Virus record (IMG/VR): IMGVR_UViG_3300043642_000037
Location: 92,127 to 156,126 of that record
Strand: one strand, 5' to 3'
Length of the DNA: 64,000 nt
Origin: a virus
Taxonomy: Duplodnaviria; Caudoviricetes
The notes under the pieces are model-generated. The model made no database searches. It saw nothing but the letters and a program-made list of their open reading frames with translations, and was not told where the DNA came from. Shown here piece by piece: positions 55,507-63,804 of this stretch; position 1 is the stretch's first letter; every line of letters begins with the position of its first letter. Both the position numbers and the translations under genes were made by a program.

Positions 55507-56280
55507 TCAGGCCGCGCGCGGGGGAGCCAGCGCGGCCTTCACCGCGTGCAGCAGGTCGTCGAGCGAGCCGTCGTTCGTGATCACCTCGTCGAAGTCACCG
55601 TCCGGGATCCCGTCGATCTCGACCTCGGAGACGTGTCCAGCGATGCCGGCCGTGGCGTCGTCGGTCTCCGGCCTGCGGAGCCGCCACGCGATGCCGCCGG
55701 CCGCGCGGACCGCGTCCAGCTCGGAGCGGAACCGGCCGTCGGTGACCACGACGACGCGCGGGACTGAATCGCCCGTCTTGCGAATCGCGTTCGCGTCGAG
55801 GGCCGCAATCGCGGTCTTCATCGTGTGCCGAGCCCACGCCAGGGGATCCACGCGTCGAACGCCCTCCGTGCCGACGTGCTGGAGGATCATCCGGGGCGTC
55901 CAGAACCCGACGAACGAGTCGGGAGACCCCACCGCGCCGCATGCCTTGCACTCGGCCTGCCGCGGGCCCTTGTGGTTCACCACCGGCTGGTCGTAGAACG
56001 ACGCGAACGCGAGCATCGTCGGCGCGGCGACCACGTTGATGCTCCTGCACATCGGGCAGGTCGGGCAGGGCAGCGAGGTCGGCTTGGCCTTGCCCTCGTC
56101 GGTGTTGAGGTCCTGGCTCGTGAGCCCGAACAGCTCCATGCACACCTGCTTGAGCTTGTCGGCGAACGCGATCTGCGTCGTGCCCTTGCACGACGCGGCG
56201 ACCATGTCCCCGACGGTGTTCTTGCCTGACTTCGACTTCCCGAAGATGCCGATGATGTTCCGTTTCGTCGTCGTGCTCAT
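55507..56280 (-). CDS. Deoxynucleoside monophosphate kinase (T4 gp1-like) with Zn-ribbon insertion
   Basis: GIFGKSKSGKNT, FADKLK, TPRMILQHVGTE, TDGRFRSE, HVSE; true start at 56280. Confidence 0.85.
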   Translation of the reverse strand: MSTTTKRNIIGIFGKSKSGKNTVGDMVAASCKGTTQIAFADKLKQVCMELFGLTSQDLNTDEGKAKPTSLPCPTCPMCRSINVVAAPTMLAFASFYDQPVVNHKGPRQAECKACGAVGSPDSFVGFWTPRMILQHVGTEGVRRVDPLAWARHTMKTAIAALDANAIRKTGDSVPRVVVVTDGRFRSELDAVRAAGGIAWRLRRPETDDATAGIAGHVSEVEIDGIPDGDFDEVITNDGSLDDLLHAVKAALAPPRAA

Positions 56281-56290
56281 TGGGCCTCTT

Positions 56291-56701
56291 TCACTCGAGA
56301 TACATGATGCGGGAGGGGTGGAACGGTTGCTGGGGGCCGCGCAGCATGAAGTCTCCGTCGAACAGGTCGACAAACTGGCGGACCAAGGAGACGTGCTCGT
56401 CATCGATGCCGGGGACGGGGGTATCGCCGCGCCACGTGGCCAGGAACCATCGATAGACGTCGGGGCACGCGTCGAACACGACGACACGGACCTGCGGATT
56501 CGCGAGCAGGTCTCGCACCACGCCGCGAACGGCGATCGGGGAACCGAGCGCGTAGAGCGCGGCGACTCGCTCCTTCCACTTCTCGACCTTGGGGCCGAGC
56601 TGATCAGCAAGCTCTCGTGAAAGGTCGAGACCCACGACGGCTATCGCCTGGGTCGAGGGGTTGAGCGCGCGAAAGGCCAGTCCACTGACGGGCTTCCACA
56701 T
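56291..56701 (-). CDS. Stand-alone MtrA-like domain protein
   Basis: AALYALGSPIAVRGVVRDLLANPQVRVVVF resembles, from memory, the GIxxxxRNLLxNPxxRxLV motif of MtrA and of the N-terminal domain of long thymidylate-synthase homologues. Confidence 0.5.
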   Translation of the reverse strand: MWKPVSGLAFRALNPSTQAIAVVGLDLSRELADQLGPKVEKWKERVAALYALGSPIAVRGVVRDLLANPQVRVVVFDACPDVYRWFLATWRGDTPVPGIDDEHVSLVRQFVDLFDGDFMLRGPQQPFHPSRIMYLE

Positions 56702-56886
56702 CAGGCGGCCTTGACAGCCTGCTCGAGACCATCCGCGAGGACCCGGGCGCGCTCGGCCGCCCGCTGTGCCTTTCCGCCACGGGGGAACCGCGTCAGCTCG
56801 TCTGCCATGCGACGAGCCTTCGCGGCGTTGAGCCGCGTGCGCCGCGTGATCTGAGCGATCGCGGCCACTCTCTTGTCGACATTCAT
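56701..56886 (-). CDS. small basic hypothetical protein
   Basis: Coupled to the downstream gene; start uncertain (56886 or 56898). Confidence 0.5.
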   Translation of the reverse strand: MNVDKRVAAIAQITRRTRLNAAKARRMADELTRFPRGGKAQRAAERARVLADGLEQAVKAA

Positions 56887-56920
56887 CGGTCGTGCCATCG
56901 GGTGCCCTCCGTCCTGGAGG

Positions 56921-56937
56921 TGTTTACCCAGCAAACA
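56921..56937. promoter_or_regulatory. Palindromic site TGTTTA-N5-CAAACA (copy 4)
   Basis: TGTTTA cccag CAAACA between divergent genes. Confidence 0.55.
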
Positions 56938-56980
56938 ACAGTCCGAAGCTTGAGTCAATCAAGCAAACCAGGAGATTCAA

Positions 56981-58414
56981 ATGTCGAAGATTCAGCTGAC
57001 GATCGACACCGGGTACTGCGAATCATGGGGCGTGTGGGAGGGGATCCGCGAGCTTGTCTCCAACGCCAAGGACGCTGAGGAGCTGAACCCGCGCAGCGTG
57101 ATGGAGATCAAGCACTCGAAGGAAAAGTCACAGCTCGTCATTAGGACGCGCGAGACGACGGTGGACCCGGCCACCCTGCTCGTGCTCGGCAAGAGCAGCA
57201 AGCGAGGACGGGGCGTTCGCGGTCGCTTCGGTGAAGGCTTCGCCATCGGGTGCATGGCGCTCACCCGGGCGGGGCACCCGGTGGCGTTCCGCAACGCGGA
57301 CACGAGCTGGAAGTGCACGTTCGACCGGGTCGAGGACGGCCCGCTGTCCGGGCAGGAGCTGTTGACGTTCTACTCGCGCGCTATCACGCCGACCCCGGAC
57401 TTCGTCGTCACCATCGACAACGTCACCAAGGAGGTGTGGGACGCGCTGCGCCCGCTGTTCCTGTTCCTGACGCCGCCGCCCGCGGACGAGGTCGTCGCGG
57501 TGGACCAGGGGTCCCTGATCCTGTCGGAGGGCCATCGCGGCATGGTCTACACCCGCGGGGTGTTCGTCCGACGGTTCGAGAAGCTCGACTGCGGGTACGA
57601 CCTGCGCGACATCCAACTCGACCGTGATCGCCAGATGATCGACGAGTGGGCGCTCGGGGACGCGCTGTCCAGCCTGTGGGCAACCGTGCTCAGCGGGCGC
57701 AAGGACGTCCAGCACGCCGGGGAGGCGCTGGCGCGCCGCGCGTACGACCTCGCGAAGAGCAACGCGGACGAGTCCCGCCACTTCCGCTGGCGCACCGACG
57801 AGCGCCTGGTGAGCCACATGAAGGCGCAGTTCGTGGCCGAGCACGGCGACGACGCGGTGCCCGTGTCGACCATGGCCGAGGCGGACGAGATCACCAGCCT
57901 CGGCGCCAAGCCCACGATGGTCAACGCGACGCTGCGGGAGCTGCTGGCGAAGACGGGATTGTCGCCCGAGCACGCCAAGGCCTCGCTGGAAGGCCAGGTC
58001 CAGGCTCGCCTCCTGCCCTCGCAGCTCACCGACGGCGAGCGCGTGGCGCTCCGAACGGTGTCCGCGCTGGCCAGGGACTACGTGGTGGTCGACTTCCGCG
58101 GTCAGGCCGCCTGCAAGATGGTCGACGAGGACTCGATCCTGGCGGTCGATCGACGCGTGCTGACCCTGCCGACGACCGACGTTCTTCGCAAGGTCGCCGC
58201 GGCCCTGGCGAAGTCGCGAGGCACGGACGCCGCCGGGGTGCTCGCGAGCGCGATGGCCGTCCTGATCAAGGGCGGCGACCCGGAGGCGTGCGACGAGTGC
58301 GGTGCCACCATCCCCGACGCGGAGCCGAGCATGGTCAACGCTCACCACGCCGACAGCTGCTCGCTGTATCCTCACGCGGATGCCGCGAAGACGGAGGCCG
58401 ACCAGGGAGCCTGA
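56981..58414 (+). CDS. GHKL (Hsp90/MutL-type) ATPase domain protein
   Basis: IRELVSNAKDA (N box), LGKSSK...GRFGEGF (G2 box). Confidence 0.8.
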   Translation: MSKIQLTIDTGYCESWGVWEGIRELVSNAKDAEELNPRSVMEIKHSKEKSQLVIRTRETTVDPATLLVLGKSSKRGRGVRGRFGEGFAIGCMALTRAGHPVAFRNADTSWKCTFDRVEDGPLSGQELLTFYSRAITPTPDFVVTIDNVTKEVWDALRPLFLFLTPPPADEVVAVDQGSLILSEGHRGMVYTRGVFVRRFEKLDCGYDLRDIQLDRDRQMIDEWALGDALSSLWATVLSGRKDVQHAGEALARRAYDLAKSNADESRHFRWRTDERLVSHMKAQFVAEHGDDAVPVSTMAEADEITSLGAKPTMVNATLRELLAKTGLSPEHAKASLEGQVQARLLPSQLTDGERVALRTVSALARDYVVVDFRGQAACKMVDEDSILAVDRRVLTLPTTDVLRKVAAALAKSRGTDAAGVLASAMAVLIKGGDPEACDECGATIPDAEPSMVNAHHADSCSLYPHADAAKTEADQGA

Positions 58415-58748
58415 GTGCCTCCGATGCGGCAACGTCGAGGACCTCGAGGCGGTGGGCGCGTCCGCGTACTGCCTGCCGTGTCGCACGTGCCCTCACGGGC
58501 GGATCTGGATCGAGACGTGGACGCCGGCGTGCGCGGCGTGCGTGCTCGCAGTTCACACCGTGAAGACCCAGACAGGTCTTCGGGTCAGGGACCTCGAGGC
58601 CTACCTGGCCGACGTCGCTCGGTACCGAATCGACACCATGGCCCACGCGTTCGACGAGTGGGAGCGGATCGGGGAACGGACGACCTACGGCGACGGCCTG
58701 GATGTCGAGGTCGACTGGCCGTTCCATTTCACGCTGACGGGACACTAA
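58380..58748 (+). CDS. Cys-rich hypothetical protein
   Basis: CLRC, CLPCRTCPHG, CAAC; start uncertain. Confidence 0.5.
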   Translation: MPRRRRPTREPECLRCGNVEDLEAVGASAYCLPCRTCPHGRIWIETWTPACAACVLAVHTVKTQTGLRVRDLEAYLADVARYRIDTMAHAFDEWERIGERTTYGDGLDVEVDWPFHFTLTGH

Positions 58749-59590
58749 CTCATCCGATCGCCAAAATGCTCTGTGTCGAACTCCTTGCGGTATTGTGACC
58801 AGCCAAAAAAGTTGCCGCTTCGCGCAGGCTCTGAAAGCGCCATCGCAACGTGCTCGAACGGAGACCAGTGACCAGGTTCGCCGGTCGCCGGCCCCGAGCA
58901 CAGCCTGTCGTGCAGCTCGACGTCCTTGTCCGAATCGCGAACGCCCGCGTGTGTCAGGTACGACACGCGGGCGCAGCGCCCGGTCGAGACCTTCTTGGCT
59001 CGGGTGATCGCCTGGTCGGTATCAAGCGGACCTTCACGAACCTCGTCGAATAGTGGCAGATGCCACTGGCCGAACGACATTGGCGTAGGCTGATGTTCGT
59101 TGTACTGCTGCCACATGGCCTTCGCAATCCACGCGATCTCCGGCTGGGCCATGCGGTGGTTGCGCAGGTGAAACCAGTTGCTGTACTCGGTCGCGGAGAC
59201 GAGGACCGTGATGAACATCCACGGCTCGATGAGCCGGTTCGCGAGCTGCTTGTGGAGCCCGACCTTGCCGAGCTGCTCGACGGCCGCGAGCATCTGGTCC
59301 CGCGCGACCAGCCAGAGGCGCTCGGCCTCGGCCCGCGAGGCGCCGTCCAGCTCCTCGTTCGCCTGCATGCCGGACTGGTTCCTGCCCCACCACTGGGGCA
59401 GCGCGGGGTCCTCCCGGACCCGGGCCATCAGCCTCTCGGTGGGGATCGCGCGGCTGGACGCGCTGTTTCGGCTGAACATCCGGTGCGTCATCAGCTCGGC
59501 GTGGACGAACCGCGGGTAGGTAAGTTCCCAGGTGGTCAGCCGCTTGCCGCACGGGGCGAGCGAATCCTTCAAGACGCGTGTCGAATACAT
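58745..59590 (-). CDS. thyX: Flavin-dependent thymidylate synthase (phage long form)
   Basis: ELMTHRMFSRNSASSRA, HKQLANRLIEP, LRNHRMAQPEI, RCARVSY, HWSPFEH; ATG at 59590 follows GGAGG. Confidence 0.9.
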   Translation of the reverse strand: MYSTRVLKDSLAPCGKRLTTWELTYPRFVHAELMTHRMFSRNSASSRAIPTERLMARVREDPALPQWWGRNQSGMQANEELDGASRAEAERLWLVARDQMLAAVEQLGKVGLHKQLANRLIEPWMFITVLVSATEYSNWFHLRNHRMAQPEIAWIAKAMWQQYNEHQPTPMSFGQWHLPLFDEVREGPLDTDQAITRAKKVSTGRCARVSYLTHAGVRDSDKDVELHDRLCSGPATGEPGHWSPFEHVAMALSEPARSGNFFGWSQYRKEFDTEHFGDRMS

Positions 59591-59601
59591 AAATCCTCCG
59601 C

Positions 59602-59618
59602 TGTTTATCTTATAATCA
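59602..59618. promoter_or_regulatory. Palindromic site TGTTTA-N5-TAATCA (copy 5), overlapping TATAAT
   Basis: TGTTTA tctta TAATCA in the 45-bp gap between thyX and the divergent gene. Confidence 0.55.
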
Positions 59619-59635
59619 ACCGACCAGGAGACGCT

Positions 59636-60184
59636 ATGCCCACCGAGCAACTGAAGCAAGCCCTCCGCGAGACCAACGTCGCGGGGGTGGAGAAGGACTT
59701 CGCGGAGGTCCTGGCGCGCATGTTCGACCTGCCCGTCCAGGCGGTCGCGCGCCTCGTCTACGCGATCGAGACCGTCAAGCACCCGGTAACGTGGCACCTC
59801 GGGCACGCCAGGACGGTAGAGCTGATCCCGGACCCGGAGCTGCGCGACGCCATCCGCGCGAGGGCCAACGCCGGGGCCGCGCGGGTCTACCTGCGCAAGC
59901 TCCAGCTCGAGGGTCGGCAGGTGTCCGTGCCGACGCTGGCGATGATCCCGCCCGCCGCGCCCGGGCGGATCTGCGAGGGGTGCCCGCACAGCATGTCCTG
60001 CATCGCGGAGAGCCTGAGCAGCCCGGAGCAGTGCGTCGACATCCTGTCGGGCCCCGCCAAGGGCTGGGTCGACAAGAAGCAGCCGGTCACGCTGATCCGC
60101 GTAACGCCGTCGGGACGCGTGACCGTCCGAGCGCGGCAGCCCCTCGGGGACCACGACGTGCCCGCGGACATCGTGGAGTACTGA
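59636..60184 (+). CDS. hypothetical protein with CxxCPxxMSC motif
   Basis: AGGAG RBS; MPTEQLKQAL... Confidence 0.65.
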   Translation: MPTEQLKQALRETNVAGVEKDFAEVLARMFDLPVQAVARLVYAIETVKHPVTWHLGHARTVELIPDPELRDAIRARANAGAARVYLRKLQLEGRQVSVPTLAMIPPAAPGRICEGCPHSMSCIAESLSSPEQCVDILSGPAKGWVDKKQPVTLIRVTPSGRVTVRARQPLGDHDVPADIVEY

Positions 60185-60185
60185 G

Positions 60186-60605
60186 GTGATTCCGTTCCTC
60201 CAGGTCTCCGACACGCCCGACGCGGACATCGTCCCCGTGGACTGCGCGACGTGCCCGATCAACATGTCGTGCCTCACGGGCAGGTCGGGCACGGGGTGGC
60301 GATTCGACTGCTGTGGCTCGGCCGTCATGAGCCTCGGCGTCGACACGGTCATGGTGGACTGTCAAATCAACGAGTTCAGAGACGATCGGAGGTCTACCGG
60401 ATTTGGCCTCTGTCCGCTGTGCTCCGGCTCGATCATGGAGGCCGTCGAGCTGGCCAGGCTGACCGCGACGGTGACGAAGTACTACCTACCGACCGTCCAC
60501 GCGAAGATTCCGCTCGCCAGCCGCCTGATCACCCTCCGCGAGCGCCACCAGGCGGCGAAGGACAGACGAGCGCTTGCCCGGAGCATCGAAAACGAGGAAG
60601 GCTAG
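60186..60605 (+). CDS. Cys-rich hypothetical protein with CxxCPxxMSC motif
   Basis: CATCPINMSC, CC, CPLC. Confidence 0.65.
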   Translation: MIPFLQVSDTPDADIVPVDCATCPINMSCLTGRSGTGWRFDCCGSAVMSLGVDTVMVDCQINEFRDDRRSTGFGLCPLCSGSIMEAVELARLTATVTKYYLPTVHAKIPLASRLITLRERHQAAKDRRALARSIENEEG

Positions 60606-60609
60606 CAGG

Positions 60610-60843
60610 ATGCCCACATACCTCAGCGCGTACGAGGACCACCAGACCGCGATCATAGAGCGCGGAGGAAGCGAGGCCGCGATCGAGGCCGCGGTCACCG
60701 AGTACAACAGGCCCACCCCGGCGAAGCTGTCCGAGTGGGTCAAGCAGGCCGCGCTCGCGTGCGCGTACTGCGGCAAGCCCGCCGTCGTCGACGACGCGAC
60801 GAGGCCGACCGACGAGGTCACGTGCGCGGAGCATCGGACGTGA
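60610..60843 (+). CDS. small Zn-finger hypothetical protein
   Basis: CAYCGKPA..CAEH. Confidence 0.55.
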   Translation: MPTYLSAYEDHQTAIIERGGSEAAIEAAVTEYNRPTPAKLSEWVKQAALACAYCGKPAVVDDATRPTDEVTCAEHRT

Positions 60844-61604
60844 GCGTCGAGATCCGCCTTCGGATAGAGGCACGCGACGCGATCCTGGCGAGGAAGACGA
60901 CGATCGGAGCCGTCAAGGTCCCCGTGGCGGACGAGGACCTCGAGGGCGTTCCCGACGACACTCTCGACCAGATCGCTCAGGTCGTGGCGGCGGACGAGAC
61001 GCTCGAGGGTCCGGGCGTGGTCGACGCGACGTTCGCGTCGGTGCTCCGCGGCCTCGAGGCGAGAGCCGCGCGAAGGGCCGCGGGGCTGGCCGCCGAGGAG
61101 GCAGCCCGCGTCGAGGCCGAGGCCGCGGCGGCGCGGGTCGTCCAGGACGAGATCGTCCGCCGCAGGAAGGAGGAGCAGGCCAGGGCTCGTCACGCGGAGG
61201 CCATCACGAAATGGATCGAGAACAACTGCGACGAGGGGATGGTGGAGCGGCGTCGCGAGGGGTTTCTCAAGGACGACGAGATCATCGAGGAGGCAATGGA
61301 TCAAATCTTCAATATTCCCGAGGAGGAATACACGACGATCAAGGCGTACCAGGCGTGCGACTGCGACAAGGGCTGCACCGGGAGCGTTCAGATGTCCGTG
61401 CATCACGTGGATCACCTCGACAGCAGCCAGTTCGCGGTCCTCGCGCAGATCAGGGAGGCAGCGCCCGAGGATGCCGAGGTCATTCCGCAGATGCGAAAGG
61501 CCGCCTGCCCCGAGTGCGCCTGCGTCCCCCTCGTGCGCATGACCGCGCTCGTCCGCCTGCCGTGGAACGGGTGGATGTTGCAGAAAGCGTACGCGCTTGG
61601 CTGA
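60840..61604 (+). CDS. hypothetical protein with coiled coil and Cys motifs
   Basis: GTGA overlap; CDCDKGC, CPEC. Confidence 0.65.
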   Translation: MSVEIRLRIEARDAILARKTTIGAVKVPVADEDLEGVPDDTLDQIAQVVAADETLEGPGVVDATFASVLRGLEARAARRAAGLAAEEAARVEAEAAAARVVQDEIVRRRKEEQARARHAEAITKWIENNCDEGMVERRREGFLKDDEIIEEAMDQIFNIPEEEYTTIKAYQACDCDKGCTGSVQMSVHHVDHLDSSQFAVLAQIREAAPEDAEVIPQMRKAACPECACVPLVRMTALVRLPWNGWMLQKAYALG

Positions 61605-62094
61605 CCAACGAGGCGAGTGGTTCACCGTCGTCGGCGCGTACGCGGACACCAAGGAGGCGTACGTGACCCAGGTGAGCGCGATCGACGGCGTGGCGGCGAA
61701 GTCGGCCGCGTATCGCGAGGCTGACGGCGTGGTCATCGGGCTGTCGGTGTTCCCCGGCCGAATCGACGCCATCAAGGAGGACACGAGAGTCACCCCGCTG
61801 CGAGGACCTCAGCACGCGGTCACCGTCTCGCAGATCACGGTCATGGAGCGACGGATCTCCGTGCCGTCCAGGTGCCCATCCTGCCGGACGGACCTGAGGC
61901 AGCCGCAGGCGCTGCTCTGCGCGGACCTGCTGCTGAGCTTCTGGAACGGGCACCTGACCAAGGACAACGACGAGGTCAGGGGCGAGAGGGACCAGCAGCA
62001 CCTGCCGAGCAACCTGCGCATCGCCGGCGCGGCTCGCGTGCAGTGCGCCGCGTGCCAGCACGTCGTGCACGCGCACCAGGAAGCCGATGTCTGA
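61597..62094 (+). CDS. Zn-ribbon hypothetical protein
   Basis: CPSC and CAAC motifs. Confidence 0.6.
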   Translation: MADQRGEWFTVVGAYADTKEAYVTQVSAIDGVAAKSAAYREADGVVIGLSVFPGRIDAIKEDTRVTPLRGPQHAVTVSQITVMERRISVPSRCPSCRTDLRQPQALLCADLLLSFWNGHLTKDNDEVRGERDQQHLPSNLRIAGAARVQCAACQHVVHAHQEADV

Positions 62095-62605
62095 TCGGTA
62101 CGCCGGACGAATCTACGTGGGCGGCGCGCTCCCTTCGCGCAAGCTCGCGGCGCTCGCCAAGGCCATACAGACGGAGGACTACGACATCGAGATGAACTGG
62201 AGCCTGGGCGACGATCGACGGGTCAGCGTGGCGCTGCTGCGCGCCTGGCTCAAGCGTCGTGATCACCCGAGGCCGCTGCACCTGTACGCCAGCGAGCTGA
62301 TTGACGGATCTTTCCCCGCACTGGAAAGCTGGCTGTGCGCCAATGGAATGTCGTACCTGCGCCACTCCCACTCGTACTGCGACATCGAGGCCGAGATCGT
62401 GGGATTCGTCGACGGCCGACGTCTCCGGTACGACGCCAACAACGCCGGCGACGTCATGGTCCACATCGATCACGTGCAGCGGGCCTACGACGCGCTTCGC
62501 CAGGGCCGCGTGTTCGACGCGATGGACGCCCTGTCCGCGATCGTTCCCGTCGTCGACGAGGTCCCGCCGTTCACGGTGGAGTACACTGGAGGGCGCCTGC
62601 GATGA
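62087..62605 (+). CDS. hypothetical protein
   Basis: AGGA RBS; overlapping operon context. Confidence 0.65.
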   Translation: MSDRYAGRIYVGGALPSRKLAALAKAIQTEDYDIEMNWSLGDDRRVSVALLRAWLKRRDHPRPLHLYASELIDGSFPALESWLCANGMSYLRHSHSYCDIEAEIVGFVDGRRLRYDANNAGDVMVHIDHVQRAYDALRQGRVFDAMDALSAIVPVVDEVPPFTVEYTGGRLR

Positions 62606-62865
62606 TCGCCGCGGCGTGGGTCGCGGTGGCGCTGGCCCCGGACAGGTGGGGCGTCGCGGTCGTGCAGGACGGCGTGGCCGGCTACGCGATCGACACGTCG
62701 AGGCTCGCCGACACGTGGACCACAGCGCGAAGGTCAGCCCTGTCGGCCAACGAGGCCGCGGGCGTCTCGCCCGAGGAGGCGTGGCGCGTGCTGGAAAGCT
62801 CGATGGCCGCGTCTCGCGCGGCCGGCTCGCGCTGGGGCCCGCGTGGAAACAAAGGCAACCAATGA
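62602..62865 (+). CDS. hypothetical protein
   Basis: ATGA overlap with GGAGG RBS. Confidence 0.55.
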   Translation: MIAAAWVAVALAPDRWGVAVVQDGVAGYAIDTSRLADTWTTARRSALSANEAAGVSPEEAWRVLESSMAASRAAGSRWGPRGNKGNQ

Positions 62866-63032
62866 ATACCTACTGCGAAACATGCACAGTACTCATCAAG
62901 CAACCTTACGTGTACTGCTTGGATTGTGAACCCAAAAATCAGCCAATCCCACCACTGAGGGGTCGATTCCCGCGCTGCGAAGGTCCGCGGCGGGATTGTA
63001 ACGGGATTCTTCACACAGGAAAACGCAGGTGA
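62862..63032 (+). CDS. small Cys-rich protein
   Basis: ATGA overlap; CETC, CLDC; AT-rich. Confidence 0.5.
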   Translation: MNTYCETCTVLIKQPYVYCLDCEPKNQPIPPLRGRFPRCEGPRRDCNGILHTGKRR

Positions 63033-63802
63033 GTCGCCTATCGGTCATCCGCGATCGAACACCTCGACTCGGTCCCGACGACGCGTTCGAGGTGTCCCTC
63101 TCCACCAACTCCAAGACCGGCTGCTCGATCAACGTCGCCATCGCGCGGACGTGCAGGCCGACCAAGGGCTGCGCCGAGTACTGCTATGGCCTCCTCGGCC
63201 GCCTAACGTACGACGCGGCCCTCGCGTCGCAGGCGCGCAACGCGGCGTTCTTCGCGTCCGCCGACAAGTCCGTGCTTCGGCACGAGGCGCGCCGCATCGC
63301 CAGGTCCGTCTTGAAAAGACAGGACTTCGTGCGGATGTTCGGCGTCGGGGATCTCCAGCCGGGATCGGTGTTCTTCACGACGTGCCTCGTAGTCGAGTTT
63401 CCGGAGCTGGCCGTGTGGGTGGCGACTCGGAAGCTCGAGCTGGCAGGTTCGCTACCAAACCTACCGAATCTGCACGTCATGCTCAGCCTGGACTCCACGA
63501 CGACGCGGGCGAACACCGAGGCCACGCGGCAGCTCGTCCTAAGAAACAAGCCGCAGTTCTACGCAGCGTGGGCGCGCAGGCGCCCGGAGGACAAGGTCCC
63601 GCGCTGGGTGTCCGTCGTGTTCGAGGAGCACAAGATGTCCAGGCGGGCGCAGTGGGACCCCGAGCCGCGCGCCTGCCCCGCCACCGCCCGCGACGGCGCC
63701 GAGCACGAGAGCGCGTGCGAGAAGTGCCGGTTCTGCTTCTCCGCGGAGAAGCGCGCCGCCGGGCCTCCACTGATTCAACTCCAAAAGAAGAAGGTCAAAT
63801 AG
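63029..63802 (+). CDS. GP88-like (radical-SAM-related) Fe-S protein
   Basis: NSKT..TCRPTKGCAEYCY, VRMFGVGD, WVATRK, NLHVMLSLD, CPA..CEKCRFCF. Confidence 0.7.
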   Translation: MSRLSVIRDRTPRLGPDDAFEVSLSTNSKTGCSINVAIARTCRPTKGCAEYCYGLLGRLTYDAALASQARNAAFFASADKSVLRHEARRIARSVLKRQDFVRMFGVGDLQPGSVFFTTCLVVEFPELAVWVATRKLELAGSLPNLPNLHVMLSLDSTTTRANTEATRQLVLRNKPQFYAAWARRRPEDKVPRWVSVVFEEHKMSRRAQWDPEPRACPATARDGAEHESACEKCRFCFSAEKRAAGPPLIQLQKKKVK

Positions 63803-63804
63803 CG

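Noticed and set aside
59591-60352. Apparent N-terminal extension of ThyX
   Set aside because: Antisense to + strand genes; a GGAGG RBS precedes the ATG at 59590
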